IMG/VR virus record: IMGVR_UViG_3300038393_003183
Span: 4,656 to 68,655 of that record
Reading direction: 5' to 3' (one strand)
Source of the DNA: a virus
Lineage: Duplodnaviria > Caudoviricetes
Length of the DNA stretch: 64,000 nucleotides
Position numbers and translations under genes: made by a program. Under the pieces are notes generated by a model, which saw only the letters and a program-made list of their open reading frames with translations, had not been told where the DNA came from and made no database searches. Of this stretch, positions 40,620 to 52,300 are shown piece by piece (position 1 is the first letter of the stretch; each line of letters starts with the position of its first letter).

Positions 40620-41362
40620 GTGGATGGGCAGCAGGAGCCACCATCGGCGCCTCCCTGATCGGCGGCCTCGCGTCGAAGCACGCCGCCGACAGCGCGCAAG
40701 CCTCGCAGCAGGCCGCGCTCGACGCCAACCGCTGGCAGGGCGAGATCGCCAGGGACCAGTGGGACGACTACAAGCAGAACTACCAGCCGCTGGAGCACCA
40801 GATGGTGCGCAACGCGATGGACTACGACAACCCCGAACACCGCGAGGCGGCGGCATCGGAGGCGCAGGCCGCCGTCTCCAATGAGCTGGCCAAGGCCCAG
40901 CAGCGCCTGTCGCGCACGGTCGGCTACGACCCGTCGTCGGCGGCGGCGCAGGCGGCGCAGGGCAACCTCGCGCTGTCTGGCGCGGCATTGGGCGCGACCA
41001 CCCAGAATGCGGCGCGCAAGCAGGTGCAGGACACCGCCTACGCCCACCAGCTCGACATGCTGGGCATGGGCAAGGGGCTGGTTGCGAATGCCTCTACCGG
41101 GATGGCCAATTCGGCCAGCGCGGCGGCGCAGATCGCGGCCCAGCAGCAGCGCATGGCGGGCGAGCAGGCGGCCGGCGCGGGCATGTTGACCGGCAACCTG
41201 ATCAACGGGCTGTCGAAGGTCAACTGGAGCGGTTTCGGCAACGGCGTCAACAGCCTGTTCAACGAGGCCGGGCCGGGCCTGAACGGCTACACGTTCTACA
41301 ACCGCAATTCGGGCGGCAACGACGGCTACACGCTGCCGAACGGCGAAAGCCTCGGCAGCTAA
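40616..41362 (+). CDS. Internal virion / DNA ejection protein (small)
   Basis: Hydrophobic N-terminus (WAAGATIGASLIGGL), Ala/Gln-rich helices, Gly/Asn-rich C-terminus. Confidence 0.75.
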   Translation: MSGWAAGATIGASLIGGLASKHAADSAQASQQAALDANRWQGEIARDQWDDYKQNYQPLEHQMVRNAMDYDNPEHREAAASEAQAAVSNELAKAQQRLSRTVGYDPSSAAAQAAQGNLALSGAALGATTQNAARKQVQDTAYAHQLDMLGMGKGLVANASTGMANSASAAAQIAAQQQRMAGEQAAGAGMLTGNLINGLSKVNWSGFGNGVNSLFNEAGPGLNGYTFYNRNSGGNDGYTLPNGESLGS

Positions 41363-41374
41363 CAGGAGCGCACC

Positions 41375-43300
41375 ATGGGATTGGGACTGAACTGGGCCGG
41401 CATGGGCCAAGGCTACCTCGCCTACAAGGACGACCAGCGCCGCCAGGCTGCCGATGCGCGCCAGGCCGAGGACGACGCGCAGGCGCGCAAGGATCGCGCG
41501 TTTCTGGAGGAACAGCGGTCGCGCCAGCGGTATGACTGGTCCGAGGCCGACCGCATCCGCAACCAGGCCAAGCAGGCGGCAGCCGACTACTGGAACGACC
41601 ATGACGACGGCAGCAGCGCCGCCAGTGCCAGCGCCGCACCGACCGCCGCGCCCACCACAGCACCTGCGAGTGCCGCCCCGGCTGCGACCGACCTGCAAAT
41701 GCAGACCACGCCCGTCCCCGATCCGGCCGGCACGATCACGCCGCTGTCGTCGCCGGCACCGCGCAAGCCGGTGCCGGTCGATGCGTCCCTCGCGGGAGCG
41801 CCGGGCAGCGCCGTCGCCGCTGATGCGGCAGACACGGCACCGACCGCCGCGCCACAGCCGGCCAACCCGTCTGGGCTGCTGGTGCCGGGCAATATCGACC
41901 TGGCGCACCGCCCGCGCGTGACCAACCCCGACGGGTCGGTCAGCACGGTGCGCTCGGTTTCGGTCGGCACCGATCAGGGCGAAGTGCTGATCCCGACCGT
42001 CAGCGACGACGGCCGCATCATGTCGGACAGGGAGGCGGTCGATGCCTACCGCCAGAGCGGGCGCCACCTCGGCATCTTCCAGACGCCCGAGCAGGCCACC
42101 GCGTATGCCCAGCAGTTGCATGCCGATCAGGCCGCCGCAGTGGGCGCGCCGACCGAAGCGCCGGCCCAGCCAGGCGGCGTGGCGGCCCCGCGCCGCCTCG
42201 GCAATATCCTCGACATGCAGCGGTATGTGCTCGAACAGGCCGCGCGCCGCGGCGACGTGGCCCCGCAGGCATACGCGCAGACCCGCGCGTTGCTCGACAA
42301 GATGCGCGCCGAAGGCATCACGACCGCGCTCGACGCGTTCGCGCGCGGCGACTACCAGGGCGGCATCGATGCCTACAACAGCGCCGGCGTGGCCAACGGC
42401 GCGCGCTTCGTCAAGGCGGTCGACGGCACCACCACGCTGCCCGACGGGCGCGTGCTGCCGACCAAGCTGGTCACGATCATGAACGGCAACGGCGTGCCGG
42501 GCGTGATCGACACCACCGCCGACCGCTACAAGATGCTCGACCTCGCCAAGCAGATCGAGCTGTACGACAGCGCCAAGAAGGACCAGAGCGAATCCAGCTA
42601 CAAGGACCGCATGGCGGGCGTGGCCGAGCGTCAGGCTGGTGCGGCAGAAAAACAGGCCAACACGATGGAGAACTACCGCCGCGACCAGGCGCGCAACGCA
42701 GCCGATGCCAACGTGGTGCGGCTGCTGACCGGCGGCGGTCGCGGGGCCAAGATGGACGACAAGGCCATCAAGGAGGCGCTGGACCTGAACGAACACCTGT
42801 ACAGCTACCAGGACGACACCGGCAAGCAGGTGCCGATGCCCGCTGCCAAGTCCCTGTACGGCAACATGATGCTGCGGCTGGGCGACCCCGACAAGGCGTA
42901 CCAGGTGATGACGGCGCTGCGCGCCGATGCGCTCAAGCAGGCCACCGACCCCGAGACCGGCAAGGTGGACCCGGCCAAGTTCATGCAGTCGTGGACCAGC
43001 GGCATCGCCGCCGCCGACCAGCGCATGCGCACCGCGCCGCCCGCCGCCAAGCTGGGCGCTGCCCCCGCGCCCGCCCAGCCTGCACCCAAGCAGCAGGCCG
43101 CCGCCGTCAAGCCGCCGCCAGCCAAACCGCTGCCGTCTGGCCAGATGGTGCCCGAGCCGCCGCGCGAACGCGTCTGGATGGGCAACCAGTTTGTCCCCAA
43201 TCCCGCCTATGCCGAATGGCAGCGCCAGTACGGGGCCGCGTGGGCGGCCCAGAACAAGGCGTTCGCGCAGCAGATGGAACGCGCCACCAGCCATTTCTGA
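41375..43300 (+). CDS. Internal virion / DNA ejection protein (medium) with an inserted globular domain
   Basis: GMGQGY N-terminus; Pro/Ala linkers flank a GNIDL..RP.V.NPDGS.STVRS domain. Confidence 0.7.
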   Translation: MGLGLNWAGMGQGYLAYKDDQRRQAADARQAEDDAQARKDRAFLEEQRSRQRYDWSEADRIRNQAKQAAADYWNDHDDGSSAASASAAPTAAPTTAPASAAPAATDLQMQTTPVPDPAGTITPLSSPAPRKPVPVDASLAGAPGSAVAADAADTAPTAAPQPANPSGLLVPGNIDLAHRPRVTNPDGSVSTVRSVSVGTDQGEVLIPTVSDDGRIMSDREAVDAYRQSGRHLGIFQTPEQATAYAQQLHADQAAAVGAPTEAPAQPGGVAAPRRLGNILDMQRYVLEQAARRGDVAPQAYAQTRALLDKMRAEGITTALDAFARGDYQGGIDAYNSAGVANGARFVKAVDGTTTLPDGRVLPTKLVTIMNGNGVPGVIDTTADRYKMLDLAKQIELYDSAKKDQSESSYKDRMAGVAERQAGAAEKQANTMENYRRDQARNAADANVVRLLTGGGRGAKMDDKAIKEALDLNEHLYSYQDDTGKQVPMPAAKSLYGNMMLRLGDPDKAYQVMTALRADALKQATDPETGKVDPAKFMQSWTSGIAAADQRMRTAPPAAKLGAAPAPAQPAPKQQAAAVKPPPAKPLPSGQMVPEPPRERVWMGNQFVPNPAYAEWQRQYGAAWAAQNKAFAQQMERATSHF

Positions 43301-43324
43301 CCGAGACGAATACAAGGATCGCCA

Positions 43325-46300
43325 ATGTCCGACGCACTCAACCTGCTTGATGCCTACCTGAACCAGCAGCAGCACGGGGCCACGCCCCACGCCGCCGATC
43401 CGGCAGCGTTCGTGGCGCAGTTCGCGCCGACGGCGGCGCGGGTCGGTGCGCGCCTCGGCGTGGATCCGTCGGTCCTGCTCGGGCAATGGGGGCTGGAGAC
43501 GGGCTGGGGCAGGTCGATCATCCCTGGCACGAACAACCTGGGCAACATCAAGGACTTTTCCGGTCGCGGCGTGGCCGCGCGCGACAACGCGACCGACAGC
43601 GTGGACCGCTACCGCCAGTTCGACAGCGCCGATGAATTTGGCGACCACTACGCCGACCTGCTGGAACGCATGTATCCTGGCGCGCTCAATGCCGGCAGCG
43701 ATGCCGCCCGTTTTGCGCAGGGGTTGCAGGGCGGGCAGCGCCGCTATGCCGAAGATCCCGCCTACGCCAGCAAGGTGGTGGCGGCGGCGCGCGATGTCGC
43801 GGGTCGGCTTGGCACTGCTGCCCCCGCGGAAGGCGCGCAACCGGACCAGCCGGCAGGATACGACCCGTATGCCGACATCCTCAACGCCGGGCTGGCGGCG
43901 ACCAGGCTGCCCACCCCGGCACCGGCGCAGGCCGGGGTGATGCGCACGCTGGGCGATGTGGGCATCAAGCTGGCGCAGGGCGCGGTCGATCTCGGCCAGT
44001 CTGTCGTCGGCCTCGGCAGCCTCGCCACGGGCGGGCTGGTAGGCAAGGCGGCGCGCGCGGTCGGCTACGATCCCGAGGCCACCAACCAATTCCTCGGCCA
44101 GTACCTGTCGCCCAGCCAGCAGGCCGCCGAGCAGGCGGTGCAGAACTCGGACGGCATGGTGGATGCCATCGTGCAGTCGCTTACGCACCCGCGCTCGATT
44201 CTGGGCGGTGCCGCCGAGTCGCTGCCGGGCATGCTGGGCGGGATGGGCCTGACTGCGGCAGTCGCGCGCGGCATCGGCCTGAAAGCGGCGCTGGCCACTA
44301 CGGAGGGCGCGCTGGCGCGCGACCTCGCCCTGCAGGCTGGCAAGAACGAGGCGCAGGCCGCCGCTGCCGCCCTGTCCACCATGGCGGGCAAGCGTGCCGC
44401 AGCCGACGCGATCGACGCGGCTTCGGCGCGCCTGATGGCCATCGGCTCGGCCAGCGAGGGCGCGCAGAGCGCCGGCCAGATTGCCGACCAGGCGCAGGGG
44501 CAGGGCCGCAGCTGGGGCCAGTACGTGCTGCCGGCGCTGGCGGCGGGCACCGCCACGGCCGGCATCGGCTATGGTGCCGGTCGCCTGATGGGCGACGTGG
44601 GGACCGACATCGCCACGGGCAGCCACACGGTCAAGGGCGGCCTGCCAGCGCGGCTGGCCAAGGAAGCGTTCAGCGAGGGCGTGCTCGAGGAAGCCCCGCA
44701 GTCGGCGCAGGAGCAGTTCTTCACCAACGTGGCCACCGGCGAACCGGACCTGATGAAGGGCGTCGGCCAGCAGGCCGGCGTGGGCGGCGTGGTCGGTGCC
44801 GCGATGGGGGCGGGCATGGGGATGGTCCACCGCCCGGCAGGACCGCTCACGCGCGCGGCGCAGGCCGCTGGCGCGAACGTGCCGGCCGCGACGACGCCCG
44901 ACAGCCAGCCGGCTGCGGCGGCACCTGCCGCGCCGTCGCCCGAGGCGCAGCCCGCCGCGCAGCAACCGCTGGCAGAGGCGGCGGCGACCGCCGCTCAGGC
45001 CGTCCCGCCAGCGGCCCAGAACATCCCGGCCACGCTGGGCGAGGCGCTGGCCACCGCGCCAGACGCCGCACCCGCGCCAGACATGCCCGACCACGGGCTG
45101 CCGCAACTGGCCGCAACCGCACGCCACGCCGCCGAGGTGGAGGGACTGCAACAGCAGTCGGCGCACGAATCGCTGAACGCGAACCTGCCCGCCAGCCAGG
45201 CCAACGCCACGCAGCGCGCCCGCATGGCCGTGCTGGATGGAGTGCTGGAACGGCTGCCGCCCGACACCCCGCCCGAGCGCAAGCTGGCGGCGTTCTCCGC
45301 GCAGTTGAAGCGCGAGGGCTACCGCTTCACCGCACCCACCCCGGATGAAATGGAGTACGTGGCCACGCACGCACGCGTGGCCGATGCCTACACCCGCACC
45401 GAGCAGGAATACGCCGCGCCGAACGAACTGGTCGACGCGGTGCCCGAGCGCAAGGCACCCGTGCCGCCGCCGCGCAAGAAGGCCGCGCCGGCACCGCTGC
45501 TGCCGCCCGAGCTGCTGCCGGCCGCGCAGGAAGCCAAGGACGCCACCGCGTTCTGGAAGGCGCTGAACCGCGCCGGCATCCCGCAGGGCCAGCGCGCGCC
45601 GCTCATGGAGGGGTTCAAGGCGTTCGTCAAGAACGGTCGCAAACAGCAGGGAGGAACCAATGCAACCGCTCTACCAGAGAACCCAGCCGCTGCCGGAACC
45701 GGAAGCGATCAACCTGTTGCTGGTCACGGGGCAGATGACACCGCGCGACCTGGCGTTGCTGGACCGGCACTTGCGGAGCAACCGGGTGCTGCCGCAGCAT
45801 CTGGAGAAGCTGATGCAACTGATCCTGTTCGCGCAGGTGGCGGGAGCGACGCCGAGCCTGCACTGAATGCCCAGCAGCTCGACGGCGAGTGGCACGCCTT
45901 CCCGCCCGAATCGGGCACGCTGGGGATCGAGCGCGCCGACATGCCGCAGATCAAGGCCGAGCATCGCGGCGCGCTGACCCAGTTCCTCAAGGCGCGCGGC
46001 ATCACCCACGAGCAGGAGTCGGTGCTGCCGTCGTCGCTCAAGGCGACCCAGCGCGAGTTCTCCATCGACAAGGTGGACCGCGCCAAGAACTTCCAGGAGG
46101 GCGACCGCGCCATTCTGGTGTCGTCGGACGACCACATCCTCGACGGCCACCACCAGTGGCTGGCCGCGCTCGAACACGACACGCCGATCCGCGTGATCCG
46201 CTTCAACGCCCCGATCCGCGAGCTGCTGCCCGAGGCCGCGCAGTTCCCCAGCGCCGAGCTGGAGGAGGGAGCGCAAGCCGCTCCAGAAGGCGAAGCACCG

Positions 46301-49300
46301 CATCTGTCGATCGGCAAGACCCCCAACAGCGCCGCGCCGGTCACGGTCAGGGACGGCGTGGTCCACATCGGTGCCTACCCGGCGCAGGACTTCGATTCGG
46401 GTGCCGACATCACGGTGCCCGACGGGGCCACCGCGCAGCAGATCAAGGATGCGCTGGTCAAGGGCGGGGCCATCGGCCACGGCAACAAGATTTTCGGGAT
46501 GCCGAAGGAAGCCGAGGCGGCCAAGGTGCCAGAAGTGGCACCGACCGCCAGCCCGGCCGAGCAGTTCCAAGGCATCATGGGCGACCTGGAAAAGGGCAGC
46601 GCCGCCGAGCGCGCCCGTGCCGAATGGGAGAAAAGCCCAGACGACAGCCCGCCGCCGCCACTGCCGTTCCCCGCCGCCCAGACCGAGGCAGTGACGGAAA
46701 CGGCCCCACCGCAGTCTGCGGCAGTCGAAGCGCCGGCACTGGATGCCGCAGCCGACGATCTGGACGAGCAGATCCGCGCTGCTGGGGCGCACCTGATCGA
46801 CGTGCTGACCGACATCACGGGCAGCAAGCTGAAAGCGACCGGCCCGCAGTACACGGCGGGCGACCTGCTGCCGGCCCTGTCCAAGCTGATCGGCCTGCTG
46901 ATCCAGAAGGGCGCGCGCTCGTTCGCGCAGGCGGTGGCCGGGACGGCGCGCGCGCTGCGCGGCCTGCCAGGCGGGGCCGAGGCGGTCGACAAGATCAGCG
47001 CCCGCCAGTGGAAGGCGGGCTACAACGCGGTGGCCGACTACCACGAAGGCACCGACAGCGAGGCGGCGGTGGCCGCCATGCCGGCTGACGAGGTGCTGCG
47101 GCTGGTGCAGCCAGCCGCGTCGTCTGCCGCTCCGAAGCGGCCGATCAATCCAGACCCACAGGCGCTGGAACTCGCGCGCGAAGTGCTGAATGGGCGGTTC
47201 ATGGCTGACCACAAGGACAAGAACGAGGTCATCCGGCTGGCGCGCGAGCGTGGCATCCCGCCCGAACACCTCGCGTTCGGGCCTGACGCAGCCACCGCGA
47301 AGCTGGTTGTGGACGAAGTGGCCGACCGGAACCTGCACGCCGCGCCAGCCGAAGCCATCGAACGCAAGATCAAGAAGCTGCGCGCCGAGGTGGACGAGTC
47401 GCTTTCGCACTCGGTCGCCACGTTCGACCCCACCCGTCTGGGCGGCTCTGGTGCCGCCGGGCGCCAGCGTGACCGCGCCCATGCATCGGAGCGGCGCAAC
47501 CTCACCAGCGCGTTGGCCGACCGCCTGCAGCGTGAACTGGACCAACGCACCGCTCCTGCTACGTCGGGGCCGTCCGCGCCCGCCGACGAACTGGAGCTGA
47601 CCACCCAACAGCTGAACCGCAAGTCGGTCAAGGACATGACCGATGCCGAGCTGCGGCGCGCGCAGCAGGAACTGCCCAAGCGCGCCGAGCCGGTGGCCAA
47701 GGAGATCGAGCGGCGCCGCCTGCTGTTGCAGGCCGCAGCGCAGTCGAAAGTCGACGAGGTGATCGATCGCGGCCGCAAGATGGTTGCGGAAAAGGTGGCG
47801 ACCGATCTGGCGGCGTGGGCCAAGAGCGAGAACGGCGAGGATGGCTTTGCGCTGCGCGATTACAAACTGCGCGATTACGCCTTTGTGCGGCCAGAGCAGG
47901 CGCAGGAAACCGCCGCCGAGTTCCGCGCCAACCCGCAGTTGTACGCCAAGCTGGCCAACGTGCAGCCAGAGGACATCGCCCGCTTTGCCGATGTGATTGC
48001 GCAGCAGCTGGAAGCCGGAACCAAGCCAGAGCGCCCCAAGAACATCGGCGCGAACGATGAATACCACGGCTTCGGTGCTGACCTGCCGCCGATGCAGCGT
48101 TCCCGCGCACAGAAGGCGCTGGGCCAGTATTTGCGATTTGACGGCGTGATGCGCACCCGCAAGGCCGAAATGGAGCGCCGCGTGGCAGAGGGTGCGCGCA
48201 TCGAGCCGCACGACAGGGACGGGCGCCGCCTGTTCAACCCGCGAGGCGCGTTCCTGCCCGAAGGCGCGATCGGCAAGACGGCGATGGACTACGCTGCGCA
48301 CCTGATCGCGCAGCGCGGCCAGCAGCAGGCCGCAGCGGCCCAACCGCAGGAACCGGCCAGCCCCGTGCATCTGGAAGGCTCGTCCGAGTATGAGAACCTG
48401 CGCCAGCGCGAAGCGGTGAACGACAAGGCCGTCGACCAGTTGAACGACGAACAGGTCGAACGCCTGTTCAAGGCAATGAATCTGGCTGGCGGCAAGCAGG
48501 GCATCGAATGGAAGCGCAACGCCATCAAGGCCGAGCACCCCGACGACGTGGAAGCCGGATTGCAGGCGCTGGCCGATGACGATGTGGTACGCGCGCATTT
48601 CGGCACCCCTGCCGAGCATGTGGAGTCTGGCCAATCCGAACCCGCCACCTTGGCGGTGATCGGCCAGTCGCTGGCCAAGGAAGCCGCGCACACGCCGATC
48701 AACTACAAGACCGCCAAAGCCAACTTGCTGGCCGCGATCGACGCCGCCATTGCTACCGCGCCGCAAAAGGACACCGTCACCAACGGCCAGGAAACCGAAC
48801 TCCACGCAGCAGCGGCAGAACTGGACAAGGCGCGCGAAGCCCTCCGCGTCGGCAAGGGCGACCGCGCCCAGCTTCTCGCTGCCGTCAGGCGCGCCGAACA
48901 ACGCTCCGTCGACGCGCGCAAGGCCGCGCACTACCTTGAGTTCGACGTGCCAGGCGACGGCAAATTCAGCGTGCTGAACAGCCGCGAGAAGCTGAGTGAG
49001 TTCAGGAAGCGGGTGGTGGAGTCCAAGGGCTTTGACGCGCCCAAGCGCCGTAGCAGCGGCTCGGCGTCGAGCAGGACGCTGGGCGTGTCGGAAAACCCAG
49101 CCGCCGCGATCCGCGACATGCTGGAGCAGGGCGAGAAGGTTGCCGCCTACGAGCTGGCCAAGACCATCGGCCAGCCGTTCCGCTTCACGCCGAACACGGC
49201 GCAGGGTTCGACCGGGCCGAACCTGTACATGGATGCGCGCGACATCCCCGACATGCCGCACGGGATTCAGGGTTACGTCGGGCGCCGCTACGGCGACAAG

Positions 49301-52300
49301 GGCAAGCCGTGGTACTTCATCGAGAAGAACACCGGCATGCACATTGGCGAGCCGGCCACCAGCGCCGTCGCCGCCGAGAAAAGTGCGCGCGACAAGATCA
49401 AGGCGACCAACAAGGACGCACTGGCCAACGCCATCCACAGGTTCGCCAGCACCGTACCTGACAACGCGGCGCTGGAGGCGGCCTGGCTGGCTGCCGCCGA
49501 GAAGTCGGACGACGATTACGCGACCAAGCTGGAGCGCGAGGCGCAGGCGGCGACCCGCCAGCGCGAAGCCCAGGCCGAGCGCGCGCAGGCCGAGGCCGAG
49601 CAGCGCGCCCGCGAAGCAGCAGCGCGCGCTGCCTCGCCGGAAGGGAAGATCGAGGCGGCCGGCTTCACGATCCGCGGCACCACCATGCGCGTCAATGACG
49701 GCAATGGCGTGGAAGTGACCTATCCGGGCAGCCAGAAGATCGGCCAAATCTCAAAGTTCGACCGTCTCAACGACAAGTACCGCGCTTACGTCGCCACTGA
49801 GCGCAGCGAGTCGGGCACGCTGGAGCAGGCCATCGCGTGGCTGAAAGACTGGTACGCCAAGGAAGCGGCGGCCAAGGCGGCGAAGCAGCCGTCCAACGCG
49901 GCCAAGATTGGCGACACCGTGTCGATCCAGGGCACCGACTTCGTGCTGTTCCGGCAGCAGGTGGCGGGCGACGGCGTCCTGCGCCAACTGTTCAACGGTG
50001 CCAAACTAGCTGACAAGCGTGGCGCGGTGCGCTATGCCGACCCGGACAGCGGCGAGACGATCTACATCAAGGTATTCCCGACCTTCGACGCGGCTGAGCG
50101 CGTGTTTGAGGAGGCACCCGCAACGGAGCCTCCCGCTGAACCAGCACCGCGCAGCGGCAGCGTGCGCAGCGTCGACAGCCTGAACGCGCTGACCAACCCG
50201 CTGGGCGACGGCGACGTGGTGCGGCTGGCCGACGGCAGCGAATGGACCGTCAGGAACCGCATGAAGGGCTGGTCGCTGATGCAGGGGCAGACCGAGCACC
50301 CCGAGGTGCGCGACATCCCCAGCCAGGTGGGCCTGATCCGCGCGATCATCGACGCCGATGCCGAGGCCGAGGCGCGCATGAAAGCCAAGGCCACGCCGGC
50401 ACCGACAGAGAAACCGTACTACATTGAGCGCGGTGCCGACGGCAAGTACGTCCTCGAAAACGACGACCACATCGAAGCCGACGGCGGCCAGCCGCGCAAG
50501 TTCGACACCGACTACGCGGCGCTGCAGTGGGCCGAGGCCAACGGCATCCCGGTCTACCATGTCCACGCACGGATGGCGCGCACCCAGCACGAGACGATCA
50601 CGGCAGCCAAGGCCGAGGGCCGCGCTGCGGCGCTTGCGGGCAAGCCGAAAGCGCCGCCAGGCGGCTACTCGCGCCACCGCATCAAGCACGATGCGTGGCT
50701 GGCCGGGTACGACTCAGCTGCGGCCGAGCAGAGCACCGCAGAAGCGACCCCGCCCGCCGAAGGCGGCACCGATGACCGGATCAGCCCAGAGCAGGCGAAG
50801 AAGCAGATGGCCTGGCGCGACCTCGGCCAGCGCGACGGCGTGACCACGCACAAACTGTTCTTCAACGAGGACGGTGAGGGCGATGCGTCTGGCGCGATCT
50901 CCATTGCCAGCGTCCAGAAGATCGACGGCGGCAAGTGGGAGCTGGGCGGCGAACGCTTCGACGGCCTGCGCGACGCCAAGAAGGCGGCGGTCGAGGCCGG
51001 GCTGCAATACCTGCGCGAGCAGGGCTACGTGGCGAAAGAGGCGGCACCGGCCGAGGCGGCGCAAGACGTGAGCGACGACTGGAGCAACCGGCTGGACCAG
51101 CTCGCGCAGGTGAAGAAGGAACCGGAAGCCGCGCCCGCCGCGCCGGTCGACCTGACCGCGCGCCCCGCACTGCCGCCCGACGAATCGGGCTACGAGAGCC
51201 TGCGCGCGCGCCTGCAGGCGTACAGCGAGGCATTTCTGCGCTGGGTCGCCACACTGCCCGATTCCACCATCGAGAATCAGGGCGCGCTGGTCCGCAAGAT
51301 CAACAGCACGCCGATGCGCGAGTGGGTGCGCATCGACAACGGCGACGACCACCACCAGAAGTCGATCGACTTCCTCGGCCCGAACCGGAAGCTCGAGCTG
51401 CGCGAGTTCGCCGGCGGCATGTCCAGCAACCACTCGGGCTACACCGTGCCAGGCTCGGGCCGCGATGTGGCCGCAATCCTGCACAACATGGTCGCGCAGG
51501 TCGAGGGCGGGCGCCGTGGCGAAACCAATCATTGGGCCGCTGAGCGGGTGGCCGCTGAACGCTACAAGGCCGGCGAATCGGTCGCCGCCGCGATCAAGGC
51601 GCTGTTCGCTGCACCGCAGCAGGCGGCAGCCAGCGAAGCGGCACCGCAGCAGGAAGCCGCTGGCGTCGAGGCTAGGCCGGCGCAGTCGCCGGTGGACACG
51701 CTCGGCCTGATGAACGTGGCCGAGCAAGAGCGCACGGAAAAGGCGCTGTACGACGGCGAGCTGCCGCTGGCCGCGCTGAAAGCGAATTTCAAGCGGCTGC
51801 TGGCGTCGGAACAGGTGATCCGCGACGAACTGAACGCGACGAAGAAGGACGACCTGCTCAAGATGGGCGGCGTGTACTTCTACCACCGCCACAGGAACGA
51901 CAACAAGCCCGACATCATCAAGGCGCTGTACGAGCAGATGCTGCACCAGTACACGCTGAACGAGTCGATCAGCTACGTGATGGGGCGCGACAGCTACCGC
52001 TCCGCGATGGAAAAGGTGGTTGACGCGCTGACGCCGGAAAAACTGGCGGCGTTCCGCGAGAAGGTGATCGCCTCGCGCAAGGAAGCACGGGCCGAAGCCG
52101 AACAGCATGTCGCCGCCCTGACCGACCCGCAGACCGCCGACGACTTCGACACGCTGGCGCGCAGCCAGATGGCCGAGTACCAGAAGGAGCACCCGGACGC
52201 GACCAATGCTGCTGCGTTCCTGCACGCGCGCCTGTCGATGACGCCTGAGCAGCGCGCCCGCTACGACGAACTCAAGGCCGATGCCGCCCGTGCGGACCGC

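Noticed and set aside
31470-45866. Shared C-terminal His endings (PTTLH, TSQPH, TESAH, TPSLH) in several small proteins
   Set aside because: Too short and too common in proteobacterial proteins to support a shared function.
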